A stretch of DNA of 64,000 bases from Callorhinchus milii (Eukaryota), in the NCBI RefSeq assembly GCF_018977255.1, contig NW_024704743.1, positions 113,524,001-113,588,000 of the forward strand, read 5' to 3'. Below, in pieces: positions 62,935-64,000 of this stretch. The notes under the pieces were generated by a model that did no database searches, was not told the origin of the DNA, and saw only the letters and a list, made by a program, of their open reading frames with translations. How positions within the stretch are numbered: position 1 is the first letter of the stretch; each line of letters starts with the position of its first letter. The translations under genes were made by a program, and so were the position numbers.

Positions 62935-63068
62935 ATCAGTAAGGCAAAACTAGCCTGTTTCATGATGGTCTAATCCGAGCTCTCGTTCCCTATTAGTGGG
63001 TGAACTATCCAACACTTGGTGAATTCTGCTTCACAATGATTGGAAGTGCCAACATCAAAGGATCAAAA
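62935..63068 (-). pseudogene. 28S rRNA fragment, same domain V interval as 12055-12189
   Basis: Reverse complement TTTTGATCCTTTGATGTTGGCACTTCCAATCATTGTGAAGCAGAATTCACCAAGTGTTGGATAGTTCACCCACTAATAGGGAACGAGAGCTCGGATTAGACCATCATGAAACAGGCTAGTTTTGCCTTACTGAT is colinear with conserved LSU rRNA. Confidence 0.95.
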
Positions 63069-63369
63069 TACCTTTGCCCATTTTCAGCAAGGTTCCAAAG
63101 AACTGGAAGTACAAGAGGGTATTTATTTCCACAAATACTTAGAAATTGGTACAGTTAACATCAATTACTCTATAACTGTATAACTCGCCACTTAGACATT
63201 TTACTCTATCTTCCTTTTGGATAAATTCCTACTTTTGCCTATTGAGTCAGCCTCCAGATGTCAATTTTATCTCTATGAGTGCCTTGAAAGGCGTTGGTAA
63301 ATGTCCTTCATTGGTATTAATCAAATTGAGCCGTTTCCCCATGATCAATGGCAGACTTCAACCCTCAAA

Positions 63370-63500
63370 GCGTAATTGGCTGCCGCGTTTCACCCAGAGA
63401 ATATACAGTTGATTCACTTTACAGTACATTCTGTGAAACGCTTTGAGACGTCTCGAAGATGCGATAAGGCAAATATCAAATGCAATAATGATTATTATTA
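63370..63500 (+). mobile_element. Truncated SINE
   Basis: AATTGGCTGCCGCGTTTCACCC...ATCAAATGCAATAATGATTATT. Confidence 0.88.
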
Positions 63501-63644
63501 TAATAATTTGGTATAATTCAGTATCATTCCTTGGAATTGTTAGCCCTTTCACTGGATGTGTCTATTGATTTCCACAACCACTCTAACCCTCCTACTAGGT
63601 TTGTCATCATCTACCTTGTCTGGCAAATCGGGACTGTTCCAAAG

Positions 63645-64000
63645 AACAACAACAATAATAAAATTACATTCGTATAGAGCGTTTCATGTCGGGAGGACGT
63701 CCCAAAATGCTGGACAGACAGAGTTACGGACCGGAGCTGAGGATCTGGGTGGGGTTGGGGGGAGAGCGGGAGCATGGTCAAAGAGGAGGGTCTTGAAGTG
63801 GGTCTTGAAAGTGGCAAGGGAGGGGGCGAGACAGAGGGACTGCGGGATGTAGTTCCAGAGGGTTGGTGCAGAGTGGCGGAAGGCCTGCTCACCGATAGTA
63901 GGACGAGCAAGGTGGGAGATGTGAAGCAGGCCGGTGGGAGATGTGAAGCAGGCCGGAGCCCGCTGAGCAGAGGGAGCAAACAAGGTGGCAGGGGGTTAGG
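63645..64000 (-). mobile_element. L2 3' end, continuing past the window edge
   Basis: TIGEQAFRHSAPTLWNYIPQSLCLAPSLATFKTHFKTLLFDHA L2 C-terminus; tail on the minus strand. Confidence 0.92.

Noticed and set aside
62935..63068. Functional rRNA gene
   Set aside because: Only about 135 nt, CpG-decayed, with no rDNA context
1..64000. CRISPR arrays, operons, viral genes, known conserved miRNAs
   Set aside because: No regularly spaced repeats or long ORFs; no match seen by eye to conserved miRNA sequences I recall (not exhaustive)

Overview
Repeat-rich, AT-rich vertebrate non-coding DNA (intronic or intergenic). The repeat complement points to a cartilaginous fish, possibly a holocephalan such as elephant shark; this is an inference. 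It includes tRNA-headed Deu-domain SINEs with (ATT)n L2-type tails, L2 3' ends with (GTT)n tails, and CR1 ends with 8-bp tail repeats. No host protein-coding gene is recognisable, and the ORF track is mostly SINE/LINE translations or chance ORFs. Supported content: two tRNA-derived SINE families (one with long and short subtypes), many L2 and CR1 relics including a three-layer nested insertion, a TA-flanked Tc1/mariner-type MITE, old palindromic repeats, and several local duplications. There are two SINE-poor regulatory-like domains: about 32.7-36.9 kb, and a CpG-rich promoter-like domain at about 56.1-61.6 kb. The most unusual signal is two decayed copies of nearly the same ~135-nt piece of 28S rRNA (peptidyl-transferase region), 51 kb apart. 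Both end at the same rRNA position and both sit tail-to-tail against an L2-type tail, so they are a candidate 28S-derived retroposon family. All alignments were made by eye and repeat boundaries are approximate.
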